This document shows positions 31,915 through 33,405 of a stretch of 33,405 bases of DNA, one piece after another. This DNA comes from Octopus bimaculoides. Taxonomy: Eukaryota. The notes under the pieces are model-generated. The model saw only the letters and a list, made by a program, of their open reading frames with translations, searched no databases and was not told the origin of the DNA. The DNA lies in assembly GCF_001194135.2 (NCBI RefSeq), contig NC_068986.1:1798988-1832392 (forward strand). Reading direction: 5' to 3'. The position numbers and the translations under genes were made by a program. The number at the start of each line of letters is the position of its first letter. The first letter of the stretch is position 1.

Positions 31915-32020
31915 AGCTTTAGTCGAATATATTATCTGCAGTACAAGTTTGGTAATATTTTATTCAATCCTGAAAGAAGAAAAGTAAAAACGGATCGCTT
32001 CAAGGTTTGAACTCAAAAAT
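31915..32020 (-). mobile_element. Highly diverged SINE family 2 fragment
   Basis: AGTCGAATATAT...GGTAATATTTTATTCAATCCTGAAAGAAGAAAAG...TTTGAACTCA. Confidence 0.5.
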
Positions 32021-32226
32021 ATTTTTATGGTTAAGCTAGAAGAGAGAGAATCTCTAGCCTGGTCGTGGGGCGGGGGGGGGCAGTTATCTTTTAATCAGAA
32101 ACTTGGTGGCCAGCATTCTTGTTTGTCACCAAGTGAACTCCATAAAAGGACACAAAAGATACGTAACAGAGTGGAACCAGGACAGATTATGCCTACCAGC
32201 CAAAAACATGAAGAGTTCCTCAGCTA

Positions 32227-32392
32227 GGCTTGCACACAGTTTTCATCCACCAACTGTTATTCACAATAAGTTGGACAACCAGAAGCTACGGTTGAATGCA
32301 CATGTCCAAAGTGTCGCACTGTGGCATGCAGTGAAGTTGTACCCGAAACCATTATGCTGCGAAGCGTACTCAGCCACACAGCTGTGTCTGCG
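32227..32392 (-). mobile_element. Highly diverged SINE family 1 5' half
   Basis: GGCTTGCACACAGTTTTCATCCACCAA...CCCGAAACCA...CCACACAGCTGTGTCTGCG. Confidence 0.6.
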
Positions 32393-32560
32393 AAGACAGA
32401 AATAGATGAAATAACGCAGCGCAGCACTACTAGTTCGATCGATTACATGTCAGCCGAAGAACTGTTAGGTTAGAGCTGACCTTGGGCTACATAAGGACCA
32501 CAAATTAATAATTTCTACGACAGGCACAAAACTAAAACCAGAAGTTAGTAGGTTTGGTGT

Positions 32561-32710
32561 CGATGTTTAGCCATAGGTCATTCCAGCCTTGACCAATCCA
32601 CTCATTTTATATATCTTTGTTCAATGTGTCCTTCCTGTTTTGACATGTTATTGTTTAGTTTCGAGGGATCTGGCTTATATTTCTTATAATTCGAACGACC
32701 ACGTAGGTGC
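32561..32710 (+). mobile_element. Dispersed repeat family 3 copy
   Basis: ATTCCAGCCTTGACCA...CAATGTGTCC...GAGGGATCTGGCT...CGACCACGTAG. Confidence 0.55.
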
Positions 32711-33405
32711 TTCTTTGCTACGGTGGACTGAATCCATCAGAGGACAGGGCTGCTATTTATAGTATCGACCCAGAAGGAATGTACTGCTCCTTCTCCCAGG
32801 TCTAGTAAATAGAAAAAAAGATCTTTTCTGCAGTAAGTTGGTTGGTTGTCTCTAAGAAGTAAATATATATTTTTAATGTTCTTGACAAGCAAATGTAATC
32901 ATGTTCCTCTTTTATTCAATTATAAGTTAGTTTTCCCAGAGGAGCGTCTTTATAAAAGCTATCATTAATTCTATTTACAAGACAATTCATTGATAACATC
33001 ACACAATTTTCCTATCTATTTAATAATTTGATTTCCTTTTACAAAGAGTTCTCGGTCAAATTCGTAAGACATTATGATCGGTCATAATGTCTTACGTTTA
33101 AGATGATTCCCATGCTTTCCCTGATGAGAAGGTTACAATTTTAATATCAAAGATCCCTATGGATCACACAGGTTGTAATCCTTTGAAACATATGTAGGAA
33201 TAAAGTATGCAATTATAACATGCGTTTTCTCCATTCCTTAAATTCTTAAATATACTCAAATACCCAAAATTTCAAGGAGTTCCTGCCTTAAAAACAGGAA
33301 CTAAACCACAGTTATTTTGTGTTCTTTGCTACATTGGTTTCTATTAACCCATTTATTCTATCAGAAGAATTTTTATTCATTAAGATAGAAGAAATACACA
33401 TAATT

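Overview
AT-rich, repeat-dense eukaryotic DNA with four assembly gaps (799-980, 15155-16123, 27889-28237, 30560-30590). The tRNA-derived SINE families and heavy microsatellite load suggest an octopus/coleoid cephalopod genome (inference). I cannot recognise any intact protein-coding gene, and most long ORFs in the supplied track are microsatellite or N-gap artefacts. The window holds about 18 SINE copies from two families, a third dispersed repeat family, remnants of four LINE clades (RTE-like, Tx1/L1-like, R4/Dong-like, CR1-like), two mariner fragments, a decayed hAT (Tip100/ZMYM1-like) element, hAT and piggyBac-like MITEs and a Helentron-type non-autonomous element. Several exon-like segments with good splice signals remain unassigned. 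The most unusual structures are: (i) a hAT derivative whose middle is replaced by an inverted copy of its own 3' end, giving a ~161-bp, ~95% identical fold-back; (ii) a 55-bp near-perfect inverted repeat enclosing a microsatellite; (iii) a three-clade LINE composite with tails pointing outward; (iv) SINEs apparently re-using the same target site.
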